Source: Octopus sinensis (lineage: Eukaryota). From it: a DNA stretch of 64,000 nucleotides. Below are positions 1 through 12,539 of the stretch, in pieces. The DNA lies in NCBI RefSeq assembly GCF_006345805.1, contig NC_043002.1:2170001-2234000 (forward strand), read 5' to 3'. The stretch's first letter is position 1, and each line of letters opens with the position of its first letter. The notes beneath the pieces were generated by a model that was not told where the DNA came from, did not search any database, and saw only the letters and a list, made by a program, of their open reading frames with translations. Made by a program: the position numbers and the translations under genes.

Positions 1-2059
1 AGTATATATGAATGTATGTATGTATGTATGTGTGTATGTATGTATGTATGTATGTATATATTTCGCAACTTTTGTTTATTTACTGATTTCTGATTAGTAA
101 ACTTCAATTGTTAAATATATAACCTTGTCTGACCTTTGTCGAAGATCCTTTCAGCGAAACATCTACATCCTGCTAGCTTCTCTTGTAGAGTATATTTTTG
201 ACGAGATGTTTTTTTCTGACACAACTCAATCCCTATTTTGACATTCGGAAATGCAGTGCGGGTGTTTTTATAGATGCGGAGTCATCTCCCTTGCCAGTTA
301 TTGTTACCAGCGCATGACAGGAATTGCGGGGAGATAGCAATGTCGGTCTCCTGGAATGAGTGGGAGAGTAGCCTTTGCGTTGAGGTTCCTCGTGGTGAAG
401 CAGAACTCGGACTCTGATACTGGACATTGACTGTGATTTCCCTTCATCTATGGACGATATTACTCGGGTAACAGTCTCATCAGTCATTACCCATTGACCT
501 CAATTCACTCCTACCATCTCAGAAGGCATTTCATCTATTTTACAGCCAAGCCTCTTCAACCAACTTCCTTTCCTACAAACCCTTCAAGACTTTCTGCTCT
601 CTTCTATCCGTTAACACACGATGCAATCCCCTCTTATCCCTCATTATTACACTCACCTTTATCTTCTTGATTTGTTTTACACGATCCATTTTAATCTAAA
701 ATTTCAACTTCCCGCATTTATTTGTTTTGCTCTAGGATCTCTTGGTGAGCATCAAATGCCTCAGTCTGAGAAATGGAAGAGAAAAGGAACATATAGATCA
801 CTTTTTCAAGTGCTCACATTTTCATAAACTCATAGAAATAAACAAAGCTGAAAAACTTCAAAAGCAATTAATCTAATCAGCTAAAATCCGGGAACAAGAA
901 ATCCCGAGTAACGACGCATCTATGCTCAGCTTCGAGTATTTTACATATTTGCCTCTGAGTGTGTGTGTGTGTGTGTGTGTGGTGTGTGTGTGTGTGCTTG
1001 CTTAGCTGTGAGTCTGTGTATGTTAATGCACATATGTACATTGAGGTATAAAAGAAAATTAGACATTCTTGTGTATTCACATGAAATGATGTCGTACATG
1101 ATTACGTTGTTGTTGTTATTGTTGTTGCTGCAGCTGATGTTTTTGTTGTTGTTGTTTACTGATCTATAATCTCTAAGTATCAATAAACCGATTTGGAATT
1201 GTTTATGCATTTAGATTTACAATTTATTATCACTCTCACCGAGAAATATCCAGATGTATTCCCAGTTTCGGATGATATTAATTCCTAAAGATAAATAATG
1301 TTACATTTTTCCAATAATATATTGGAACGCACTCCACATTTCAAGACGGCAGTTATTAAAAAGATCAATGAATGTCTAAAATAAATCGGTAAATAAAGCT
1401 ATTTTATTAAACATACGACAATACTTCTACTTGGAATTATTCCTTATATCAGATGTTGGCACCGATTTAGAATTTCTAATGGATGAATTTGTAACAGAGG
1501 CTGCACAACATAGACATAAATTGCAATAAAACAACCAAAAATTTCGTTAATTTACTATAAATATTCATTAATGCCCTATTGAATATTTCCGACAATAAAT
1601 ATCAACCGATCCTTAATATTTCTATCAAGCTATACGAACATCTGAAGAATGCCTGCACAGCAATCCATGCATTTCTTGCGAAAACTATAAATTTCAGTAA
1701 TAATAGATTGGCCTCTCGTAGATTATTTACAGGTCATGGCAGATGCTTTCCTCACCGAAACATTGAAATCAATATTTTCAGAAACTGCTAGTAATGTACC
1801 AACTGCAATCCAAGATAACTAATAGCCTCCATCACTAACACAATAATATATTTTTACGTGCTTTTCTTTTACTTTACAACTGGTCTATAATTTAGACAAC
1901 AGACTGAAATTAAAGTTTTCCTCAATATTTTATTACCAGCAATAAACGGAACTTTTGTAACAATACCAACAGATTTGAAGTCATTGGAACTAAGACGACC
2001 AGATATATATTCAGTTTCAACGCCTTGGTACTTCTTTGCCGGTTGTAAATATTTGTGTA

Positions 2060-2908
2060 CATATGACGATTTTGATTCTTCCTGCTTTTAAGAACAGCTT
2101 GATGTATTAGTGTATAGTCAACGGCGTTGAAGAGCATAAATGTGAAAGTCGTAGTTGACATGGAGGACTGGCGTCTGAATATTGGAAATGAGTTACCGGT
2201 ATCATGAGGATTCGCGCCGGATATCAAAACGCCGACATCATGACTACTGTGCAATGCTCTGTGAACACTGTAAAGGCGGTCGACATGACGTGGACAGCTG
2301 CAATGGCGACCACGAAGCCGTGGACAGCAACAAAGGATACAGCAGGTGTTTTGACAGCATCTGCGCGCCACAATTCATCCAACGTCTGATGAACACAGCT
2401 TGAGACTCAATTCAGAGGGCAAAGTGAAGCTGATGGAAACTGTGATGAATCACTGGCTGGAGAGAGTTGCTGCTGGAGAGCCATGTGTTATAGCAGGATT
2501 CTGGCCTTTGCCATGGTTGCGGAAAGAGTAAAAAGTGATTGTCGAAGAATTTCTACGACTTCACCAGCGCCAATGTCTGTCCTCCTAGTTCCTCTGATTG
2601 TAATACCACGGATTACCCTATTCAGGGCACGATTGAGAAAGACACCAATCCTTCTGCCCGCAAAACGAAGGCCGAACTGGTGGACAAGATCCAGGAGAAT
2701 CTTTTTGACACAGAAAAGAAGAATGCGTCAGTCTCTGGAAGTGTCTTAAAGCCGTGGTGGAAGTTGAAACTGTTTAGCTTGAGTAGGTTGTTAATTCACA
2801 GCTATAATTCAGTTGATATTTTTCATTTATTTAAATACTTTCATTTTTGGGTAGGTTATTCTTTTTCTTCCCTTTTTAAGCTGTCAAACTTAGCACGAAC
2901 ACCCTACA
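2060..2908 (+). mobile_element. Internally deleted, degenerate Tc1/mariner-superfamily transposon (maT/DD37D-like)
   Basis: N-terminal HTH-like MRIRAGYQNADIMTTVQCSVNTVKAV (2204 on) jumps to catalytic-end remnants LERVAAGEP..QDS and DFTSANVCPPSSSDCNTTDY (WPPxSPDxNPxDY motif). Right end ACCCTACA|TA at 2908; left boundary approximate. Confidence 0.8.
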
Positions 2909-3139
2909 TATCTCGATAACGTCTTCCTTGTTTGGTCCTTCCTCAGCAGCACTATCATAAACCAGCTGAAAGATCTTGGAATGACTCAGAAGTGCAGTCA
3001 TTCTGGGCAGAATAAGGCGATCGAGCGCGGCTGTTTGGACCGTTGTCAGTTTGGCACGGCTGGCAATGCATTGAACCTGTCCTGAGGAAAGCTTTTATTT
3101 TGTAACTGTACGTTTGGACACTGGAGACAAATACACGCG

Positions 3140-3157
3140 CGAGCGATATACACGTAC

Positions 3158-3248
<91 letters not shown>

Positions 3249-3283
3249 GATAGATAGATAGATAGATGGATAGATAGATAGAT

Positions 3284-3329
<46 letters not shown>

Positions 3330-3383
3330 GGATAGATAGATAGATAGATAGATATATAGATAGATAGATATAGATAGATAGAT

Positions 3384-3417
<34 letters not shown>

Positions 3418-3429
3418 AGATAGATAGAT

Positions 3430-3460
<31 letters not shown>

Positions 3461-3585
3461 GATAGATAGATAGATATAGATAGATAGATGATAGATAGAT
3501 AGATAGATGGATGGATGGATGGATGGATGGATGGATGGATGGATAGATGGATAGATACATACATACATACATACATATACATTCC
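3140..3585. repeat. Compound (GATA)n/(GATG)n/(CATA)n microsatellite
   Basis: Directly visible; explains the SIYL/IYLS ORFs. Confidence 0.98.
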
Positions 3586-5910
3586 AATTTATTAATTGTA
3601 ATCGATAGACAAACACATCTCTTCTATACATATGCATAAATAGAACATACGCACACACATAATCAAACAGTGAGAGAACAAGGAAGAGGAAGGTGTCTGT
3701 CGCAATCCTAACATTTCTCTCTTTCTCTTTCTCTCTTTCTGCCCCCAGATCCACTGTCAATGTATTTTGGCGATGTATGCTTCAAGTCGCATTGCCCAAA
3801 ACGTCACGAACCGTCAGCTAACTCGGAACATGGTGATTATCATGCAATACTTCTGAGCCACATCCTCTTACTCGTGTCTTCCTTCATGCATACTTTTGCG
3901 TGTGTGTTTGTGCAATTGCTTGGCACAGTTATGTGAACACATGAATACGTGTGTTGCTGTCTCCCAAAACAACGGATGCAGGATGGTCTTAAGAGTAAGA
4001 AGGTCGTTTTACAATCACCAAGTTCCGATTTCGAATCCACTGCCTGACGTCTTGCTCTATTTTACCCAAGTTCGTGAGTGAAATTGGATATATGGAAACT
4101 GTGCTGAAGCTTGTTCACGTACGTTACCTCTAATACAATCGTCTAATTCTATCATACGCTGAGTCACATTGATTCAAGTTCATGAGTAAGTAAAGGGTCC
4201 GTGAGTTTCTGCAGCACTTAGCCACTTCTAGACTAATTCAATGAGAATGTAAGTCAGTTGATCTGATGTAAGTCGTCGAAACTGATGGAGATCCACTTAC
4301 ATTTTACATTATGTTTAAGCAAAGGAGAACTTTGACGAGCTTCAAAGAATCTGGCAATCAGGTATCGCAATGCCGACCAATCTGATTTTCTTCAGGTTAA
4401 CGACAACGAACGTTGCTCTCTGTGGAAGCGAAAAGTGGACAATGAATGATCAAGATGGCTTTAATGGTAAACACAACATCTGTTTCATGAGGGGTCGAAA
4501 CATCTCACTCTGAGTGTAAAAGGGGAAAATAACTAGCTTTCTTGTAGTTACTGAACGCAAAGCAGGCTTGGCTGACCACTTCTGTCATACCGATCAACAG
4601 ACCAGATCGTATGTTTTAGAGGCTTCTACACCTTAATTGAGGACGGAGACACTTAAACTTCATTGATTTTAATGGCACAGAAAGACAAAATAAAACTGAG
4701 GAATTACCAAAGCTAATAGAAAGATGGTGCAGCGTGGTAACGCATCTAAATGGCGTTTATGTGGAATTTTAATCATCTCCGCCATTAGCTTTGCGAACCC
4801 CAGTTTTCCAAAGTTGATGCCGAGACAATTGCGTTTCAAACACTCTTTGAAAGAAACTATAAAACTCAAGTCAAATTATTAATGATGTATCTCTAGATGT
4901 GGCTTTGGTTATCAATTGACTGTTTTCTATTCATTTACTCTGGAATTAATACTAAGGTGTCTCTAACACTTCACTCTCTAACTCACGCAAGCATGCGCGA
5001 GCACGCGTACACATTCAAATATTTCCGTTTTAATAATCTGCACATTACACCAATATTCCTCCTGGATGTCAGTATAAATACAACCCGAAAGAGAAACTTC
5101 TTAAGCTTATTACACGTCAGATTTCTCAGAACAAAACTGTAATTTTCATGTTGAATATAGAATATACGAAGATATTACAAGACAGGTGCCAAAATATTTT
5201 CTCGGATATTCTTTTGAAACTTGAATTAAAAACCATAATTTGAACCATTGGCGACAAAGAACGATTCCGAGTTTCGAGCAAGTTATCTAGCAGTCAATTT
5301 ATTAGTCACTTTATATTTTTCTCAGCAATAACCTGTAAATACTGTCTTGTGAACTTTGTTTGTTATGTGAGTATAGATATGTGTATATCTGAGCGCTACT
5401 TTGTTATCGTCTGTTTTATAGAGTCGCTTTGTGTAATTCATTTCACCGAAATGAGTATCATGTTGGCCGAAGAGACACGACAGATCGATAGCACATTTAT
5501 ATGCACCAAACATTCTTTTAAGCTTCGTGCATTCCTTTTATGCTTGGTGCTTGTGTAACTAAGAATATTTTGACTGTAAGTGCAGTAGCAAAGTCGAGTG
5601 ATACAGAAAATTACGACTATCACGGGGATAAGCTGACGACGACGACGACGACTGATCGTTATAAACATTATCGCCTTCGCCATAATCAACATCAGTTGGA
5701 AAGCAGAAAGAAAAATAATTACAGGCATCACCGCCATATTGTGATGACCGACAATAAATAAAGAAGGAATATAAAAGTATATGGAATTATTGTGAAGCCA
5801 TAAAATTCGCACCGCTGAACGATGTGTGCGTATGTGTGTGCATGTGTGTGTATTTGTGAGTGTGTGTGTGTGTGTAGGTATACGTGTATGTGTGTGTGTG
5901 TGTGTGTGTG

Positions 5911-6497
5911 CGTAAACTGAGTGGTGTAAGTAGATGAGTGTGCTGTCAGTGTTACACTTAGCAACCGACTTCCATGAAACGTCTGTGTTTGCTCCTGTCA
6001 GCGTTATCTGTTTCTTTCACAAATCATTCACAGTCGCACATAATATTTTAAAAATTATCTATCGACGCCGCTCTGATTAATACAGTTTCAATTTTATTTT
6101 ATTTTACAAGCGTCACCAAGTAATCTTTTCAGTACATAGCGAAAAGTGTCGACATAGAATTATGTGTGTGTGTGAGAGAGAGAGACAGACAGACAGAGAG
6201 TAAGTGTGTGTGCGTGTATATATATATCACTGCTTGCATACATATGAGGATATATAAAATGGTTGTGGGTGCCGGTATGTGTGAGCTATATGGCATTACT
6301 GAGATAATGTGTATCAATAAAATTCCTCTCTTTTGAATAATATTTAATGTATATTATGAATATATAAACGCGCGTATGTGTGTATTTGTGTATGTGCGTA
6401 TACATGAATATATCTATGCTATATATCTATATATATGTATATATATATATATATATACATATATGTGTGCGCGTGTGTATATATATATATATATATC

Positions 6498-6528
<31 letters not shown>

Positions 6529-6534
6529 GTATAT

Positions 6535-6578
<44 letters not shown>

Positions 6579-6604
6579 ACATGTATATATGTATGTATAT
6601 ATGT

Positions 6605-6675
<71 letters not shown>

Positions 6676-7300
6676 GTGTGTGTGTGTGTGTGCGTAAACT
6701 GAGTGGTGTAAGTAGATGAGTGTGCTGTCAGTGTTACACTTAGCAACCGACTTCCATGAAACGTCTGTGTTTGCTCCTGTCAGCGTTATCTGTTTCTTTC
6801 ACAAATCATTCACAGTCGCACATAATATTTTAAAAATTATCTATCGACGCCGCTCTGATTAATACAGTTTCAATTTTATTTTATTTTACAAGCGTCACCA
6901 AGTAATCTTTTCAGTACATAGCGAAAAGTGTCGACATAGAATTATGTGTGTGTGTGAGAGAGAGAGACAGACAGACAGAGAGTAAGTGTGTGTGCGTGTA
7001 TATATATATCACTGCTTGCATACATATGAGGATATATAAAATGGTTGTGGGTGCCGGTATGTGTGAGCTATATGGCATTACTGAGATAATGTGTATCAAT
7101 AAAATTCCTCTCTTTTGAATAATATTTAATGTATATTATGAATATATAAACGCGCGTATGTGTGTATTTGTGTATGTGCGTATACATGAATATATCTATG
7201 CTATATATCTATATATATGTATATATATATATATATATATACATATATGTGTGCGCGTGTGTATATATATATATACTTATATATATTAATATATGTATAT

Positions 7301-7344
<44 letters not shown>

Positions 7345-7422
7345 ACATGTATATATGTATGTATATATGTATATAATATATATATATATATATATATAAT
7401 ATATATATATTATATATATATA

Positions 7423-7460
<38 letters not shown>
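5911..7460 (+). repeat. Near-identical ~782 bp tandem duplication
   Basis: CGTAAACTGAGTGGTGTAAG starts at 5911 and again at 6693. The ~520 bp unique part repeats almost base for base; breakpoints lie in (GT)n/(AT)n. Confidence 0.95.
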
Positions 7461-7472
<12 letters not shown>

Positions 7473-7504
7473 ATGTATATGTATATGTACATATAAAAAC
7501 CAAA

Positions 7505-8345
7505 CTTCTTTTTCAGCCATGTTGAATGTGGCGATTGAAACCCGGAGAAGTGCTCAACCTCTGCTACCAACCGAAAGCGAAAAACAACCTTGCTACTGCC
7601 ACTGAGTAGCAACAACAATATCAACAACAACAACAACAACAACAAACATGATGTGCGGATCCTTAAGAAACACAACGAAGCTGCTGCAATGAAGTTCCTC
7701 CTTAATATCCGAGATGTCAACCATCAAGGCTCAAAAATGGAAAACACCCTACACTGAGGGATGGCTTGCAGCACGCACACACACCCAATGCCTTCCTTTG
7801 TCCTAACTGAGACCCATCTAAACGACCGCCATTTAGAGGTTGAACTGAAAATCAGACACTTCGCTGCCATGCGCCCTGATCGGGCAGGCCAAAGAAAGGG
7901 CACAGTTGTTATTTTCCTCTATGATTCTTTTAGCGCAGATGCCAAGGACATTTTCTCCAACGGCTACTGCGAATCAGTCTCTGTACACAACAAAAGTAAA
8001 GACCTGTCTGTGATTGGGCTCTACAGACCCCCCACCACACACACACACACACACACACAAGCTCCCTTACACTATTTCCAAGAGTGCCTCGAGAAAATCA
8101 AATCTTTCCTCCTGCAAAGTAGCCCAGGAAACATTCTATTGATGCACGACTTCAACCTCCCCTCTCTAGACTGGTCAACTAATATTGTTAGACCAGGAAC
8201 GTTCACCTCAAGCTCAGACAAGGCAGCAGTAGAGTTACTTTTTAAATTTATTGATAATTTTTTCCTCTCACAACTCGTCCATGAACCAACCAGAAATAAC
8301 CAAAGTATTTTGGACCTAGTGCTAAGCAACGATTCTAATACCTGG
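7505..8345 (+). mobile_element. CR1-group LINE fragment: ORF1 end plus apurinic-like endonuclease (APE) domain
   Basis: ORF 7761-8354 has APE motifs LTETHL, GLYRPP, HDFNLPSLDW, EPTRNNQSILDLVLSN; truncated at the mariner junction. Confidence 0.85.
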
Positions 8346-9347
8346 AAAACATGATGTAAGGTCTGGTGTATATGGTGGATGACAGTAATTCCAAGTTCAG
8401 TTCCTGTGACTTGAGTATCGTTCTTTGTGCAACATGTGGTCGAGCATTGTCTTGCAAGAGAATTGACTTATCTCTATTGACCAATCCTGGTTGTTTCATT
8501 GCAAATTCACTCATCATTTCATCCAATCGTTTGATGTATACATTCGCTGTAATTGACTTACCAGATCTCATGAAGCTGTAGTGGATGACACCAGTGCTGG
8601 ACCACCAAACAGACATCATTAGCTTTTATTGGTGAACACTCTTTTTTGGATTGTGCTTTGGCACTTCGTCACTATCCAGCTAACGTGCAGAACGCTTGCT
8701 ACTGTTGAAAAGAAGCCACTTCTCATCACACGTAACAATACGATACAAAACTGGTTCGCTTTTATGCCGTGACTGCAAAGAACAGCAAGTTTCAAGACGA
8801 CGAGCCATTTGATGTTCGTTCAGTTCATGTGGTGCCCATCTTGTCCAGCTTCTTTACTTTGCTGATTTGTTTCAGTTGGTCCAATACAGTTGGAATCGAA
8901 ACATCAAACCTTGCTGCTAACTTATGGGTAGTGTGAGATGTATCCCCTGCCACTACAGTTTCTAGCTCATCATTATCCACTTTGGTCTCAGGTCTACCAT
9001 GGGGCTGAGTTTCAAGAGTAAAGTCGCCAGATCCAAACCTCTCAAACCATCGATGTACAGTGCACTCATTTGCCACATCTTCACCAAACACCTCATTGAT
9101 GTTTCGAACTGTCTGGGATGCATTGGTTCCACAATGGAACTCATATTCATAAACAACGCAAATTTTCGATCTATCCATGGGTTCACAAAAGTTGATTTAT
9201 AAGAGGAAAATCACAATATAATCAGACACCATGAATTGCATTTCGAAAAGTGATGATGTAATTCTTCAATGTTGTAAAATGAAGAATTGTCAGGATAAAA
9301 CATTAGAGTTAATGACTGTCAAAATTAGTACTCTTAATGACCTGATA
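8345..9347 (-). mobile_element. Mariner (DD34D-type) transposon, 3'-truncated and frameshifted
   Basis: MDRSKICVVYEYEF..TVHRWFERF..GRP, then VTCDEKW, SVWWSSTGVIHY and LLQDNARPHV. TIR-like end TCAGGTCATTAAG next to TA at 9345-9347. Confidence 0.92.
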
Positions 9348-9541
9348 TATATATTATATATATATATATATATTAATAGTTATCGCCATACTAATATGGC
9401 ATTCTTATAAAAATAAGAAAAAAGCTGTCCGCTTATTAGCTCCATGAGGCCATCGCCTTCAGTTAGCTATTCGATACACAACCTGTATCCATATAACCTT
9501 CGAACAAGGGAGGTCAGTCGCTCCACACTACTTGACCGACA

Positions 9542-9584
9542 GCTACAGACGCGTTTCAGGGTATTTGCCCTTTGTCAATGCAGC
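9542..9584 (-). ncRNA. Type I hammerhead ribozyme, U3-A8 core variant (copy 1)
   Basis: GCUGCA-UUGACAA-AGGG(CAAAUA)CCCU-GAAA-CGCGUC|UGUAGC: 6 bp stem I, 4 bp stem II, palindromic stem III ACGCGU, GUC site. Confidence 0.75.
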
Positions 9585-9902
9585 GTAGTCAGACCAGTAG
9601 GTGTCGCTTTGACTATCTCTGTTCGAAGGTTTTATTTACCTAGTTCGGTGGAATACATCCACTTGTTTTCAATAACAGAAATATTAAAATTACTAAGTCT
9701 CTCTAAAAGAGATTACGGCAGCGTTCCTGGAAATTAATAGTTATCGCCATACTAATATGGCATTCTTATAAAAATAAGAAAAAAGCTGTCCGCTTATTAG
9801 CTGCATGAGGCCATAGCCTTAAGTTAGCTATTCGATACACAACCTGTATCCATATAACCTTCGAACAAGGGAGGTCAGTCGCTCCACACTACTTGACCGA
9901 CA

Positions 9903-9945
9903 GCTACAGACGCGTTTCAGGGTATTTGCCCTTTGTCAATGCAGC
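9903..9945 (-). ncRNA. Type I hammerhead ribozyme, U3-A8 variant (copy 2)
   Basis: Identical to copy 1. Confidence 0.75.
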
Positions 9946-10266
9946 GTAGTCAGACCCAGTAGGTGTCGCTTCTGACTATCTCTGTTCGAAGGTTTTATTT
10001 ACCTAGTTTCGGTGGAATACATCCACTTGTTTTCAATAACAGAAATATTAAAATTACTAAGTCTCTCTAAAAGAGATTACGGCAGCGTTCCTGGAAATTA
10101 ATAGTTATCGCCATACTAATATGGCATTCTTATAAAAATAAGAAAAAAGCTGTCCGCTTATTAGCTGCATGAGGCCATAGCCTTAAGTTAGCTATTCGAT
10201 ACACAACCTGTATCCATATAACCTTCGAACAAGGGAGGTCAGTCGCTCCACACTACTTGACCGACA

Positions 10267-10309
10267 GCTACAGACGCGTTTCAGGGTATTTGCCCTTTGT
10301 CAATGCAGC
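10267..10309 (-). ncRNA. Type I hammerhead ribozyme, U3-A8 variant (copy 3)
   Basis: Identical to copy 1. Confidence 0.75.
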
Positions 10310-10506
10310 GTAGTCAGACCCAGTAGGTGTCGCTTCTGACTATCTCTGTTCGAAGGTTTTATTTACCTAGTTTCGGTGGAATACATCCACTTGTTTTCAA
10401 TAATAGAAATATTAAAATTACTAAGTTTCTCTAAAAGAGAACAGCGGCAGCGTTCTTGGAATTCGAACAGAGATACTCAGAAGCGACACCTACTGGGTCT
10501 GACTAC

Positions 10507-10549
10507 ACTGCATTGACAAAGGGAAAATACCCTGAAACGCGTCTGTGGA
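10507..10549 (+). ncRNA. Type I hammerhead motif in the inverted arm (stem I weakened)
   Basis: ACUGCA-UUGACAA-AGGG(AAAAUA)CCCU-GAAA-CGCGUC|UGUGGA; the downstream stem I strand is altered by a ~20 bp deletion. Confidence 0.55.
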
Positions 10550-10772
10550 GCGACTGACCTCCCTTGTTCGAAGGTTATATGGATACAGTTTGTGTATCGA
10601 ATAGCTAACTTAAGGCGATGGCCTCATGGAGCTAATAAGCGGACAGCTTTTTTCTTATTTTTATAAGAATGCCATATTAGTATGGCGATATGCCATATTA
10701 GTATGGCGATAACTATTAATTTCCAGGAACGCTGCCGTAATCTCTTTTAGAGAGACTTAGTAATTTTAATAT

Positions 10773-10804
<32 letters not shown>

Positions 10805-10894
10805 TAAATGAGATAAAAAACCAAGGCTGTGAATATTTTACATCTATAAATAGGTCTTACATATATACATACATATATACATACATATTCTTTT

Positions 10895-11245
10895 TTTTTA
10901 TTGTTTCAGTCATTTGACTACGTCCATGCTGGAGCACCGCCTTTAGTCGAACAAATCGATCCCAGAACTTATTCTTTGTAAGCCTAGTACTTATTCTATT
11001 GGTCTCTTTTACCGAACCGCTAGATACGGGGACGTAAACATACCAACATCGGTTGACAAATGGTGGGAGAACAAAACAGACACATAAACATATATATATA
11101 TAACGAGATTCTTTCTGTTTCCATCTACAAAGACTTTGGTCGACCCGTGGTTATAGTAATGATAACCGACACCTGGGTAGCAAAAATCACAACAGAAAAA
11201 GCACGATTGAGGTTACGACCATGGGGCCTAAAATCCGTGCCTTAG
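10895..11245 (-). mobile_element. Octopus-type tRNA-derived SINE, degenerate copy
   Basis: Shares CAGTCATTTGAC..CCATGCTGGAGCACCGCCTTTAGTCGA with the copies at 23.2, 45.4 and 53.2 kb. Confidence 0.85.
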
Positions 11246-11263
11246 TGCGGAAATTTGAAGTTT

Positions 11264-11524
11264 TATATATTTAGTGTAGGAAGAAATGGAGCTGAACGAA
11301 GATTTAACAAAATTCCTTTTTATTATTTTCTACATATGTTTCAAAAGCTGCAAAGTCCCTAATTCGGATTGAATAAGGAGTCCATTTTGCAGCCTCCTGA
11401 AGAGAAGGCTGCAAAATGGACTCCTTATTCAATCCGAATTAGGGACTTTGCAGCTTTTGAAACATATGTAGAAAATAATAAAAAGGAATTTTGTTAAATC
11501 TTCGTTTTCCTACACTAAATATAT
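11264..11524 (+). mobile_element. Fold-back palindrome of a hammerhead-bearing pseudo-LTR
   Basis: 101 bp arms 11295-11395 and 11406-11506 around spacer CCTGAAGAGA; outer arms 11264-11282 and 11507-11524. Confidence 0.85.
11395..11472 (+). ncRNA. Type I hammerhead, canonical core, stem I mostly lost
   Basis: CUGAAGA (11397-11403), 12 bp stem II GAAGGCUGCAAA/UUUGCAGCUUUU, GAAA, palindrome ACAUAUGU, GUA site; only 2 bp of stem I remain. Confidence 0.65.
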
Positions 11525-11525
11525 A

Positions 11526-11557
<32 letters not shown>

Positions 11558-11596
11558 GATATATATATATAATATATATATATATATAATATATAT

Positions 11597-11639
<43 letters not shown>

Positions 11640-11732
11640 AGAAAAAGGAAATAGTAGTCCTTTGGCTGCTATTTCTAAAATTTTCGGTATGTGGTCAAGC
11701 AATTGTTGTAAAACCTTTATTGTTATAAATAT

Positions 11733-11800
<68 letters not shown>

Positions 11801-12342
11801 TAAATATAAGAAGGGATGGTATTATTAAAATACCATCACGTGAGGGGCAAGTGTAGGTATATGTGTATGCATTTATATGTATATATGTATGCATACATGT
11901 GTGCGTGTGTGTGTGTGTGCATGCATAACTTGCTAGATTTGGAGGGAGAGAGAGAGAGAGAGAGAGAGAGACTCCATGCTTTTTGCAGCGGCTGCCGGCC
12001 ATCGACCGATGAGTTCGAAACCAATGTTCTTCGTTTGAACCTTTGTAAATCAACAACTGCAGCAAGGAGAGATTTTCCGATACAACCAACATTCTCGGAA
12101 GTGAAGGCTCGGCACAGCGTTTAACGCAGCACTGGGTGACTTATAATTCCAAACTCTATTACGTCATTAAAAAAACCGATATAATAACAATACAATACAA
12201 TTTAATACCATACAATGCAAAACATCCTTAATGTTTCATATTTATATGTTCTTTGATGTGTACACAGTGTCTTGTTCGTTGAGTCTTAAGTATTTATATA
12301 TATCTCTATTTGGTCTAATTCTTTTATCTCTATTTAGCAAGC

Positions 12343-12495
12343 ATGACTCTTCTCTTTCTTCTTCTTCTTCTTCTTCTCTTCTTCTTCTTCTTCTTCTTCT
12401 TCTTCTTCTTCTTCTCCTCCTTCTTCTTCTTCTTCTTCTTCTTCTTCTTCTTCTTCTTCTTCTTTTTCTTCTTCTTCTTCTTCTTCTTCTTCTTA
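12343..12495. repeat. (CTT)n microsatellite
   Basis: Directly visible; source of the poly-L/R/F ORFs. Confidence 0.98.
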
Positions 12496-12539
12496 TCGAC
12501 CCGACTTTTGTTTGTCTGCCAGAGAGCAAACTAACAGAA

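Larger units (their letters stand above)
9372..10774 (-). mobile_element. Retrozyme / PLE pseudo-LTR array: three 361-364 bp tandem monomers plus inverted partial copy
   Basis: Units start at 9372, 9733 and 10097; inverted copy 10462-10774. Each unit carries a type I hammerhead fold; (TA)n on both sides. Confidence 0.85.

Noticed and set aside
9372-10461. Regular repeats as a possible CRISPR array
   Set aside because: Whole 361-364 bp units repeat with no unique spacers, no cas genes, and a eukaryotic context.
12001-12030. CCGATGA-GTTC-GAAAC hammerhead-like string
   Set aside because: Core mutated, and no consistent stem I or palindromic stem III.
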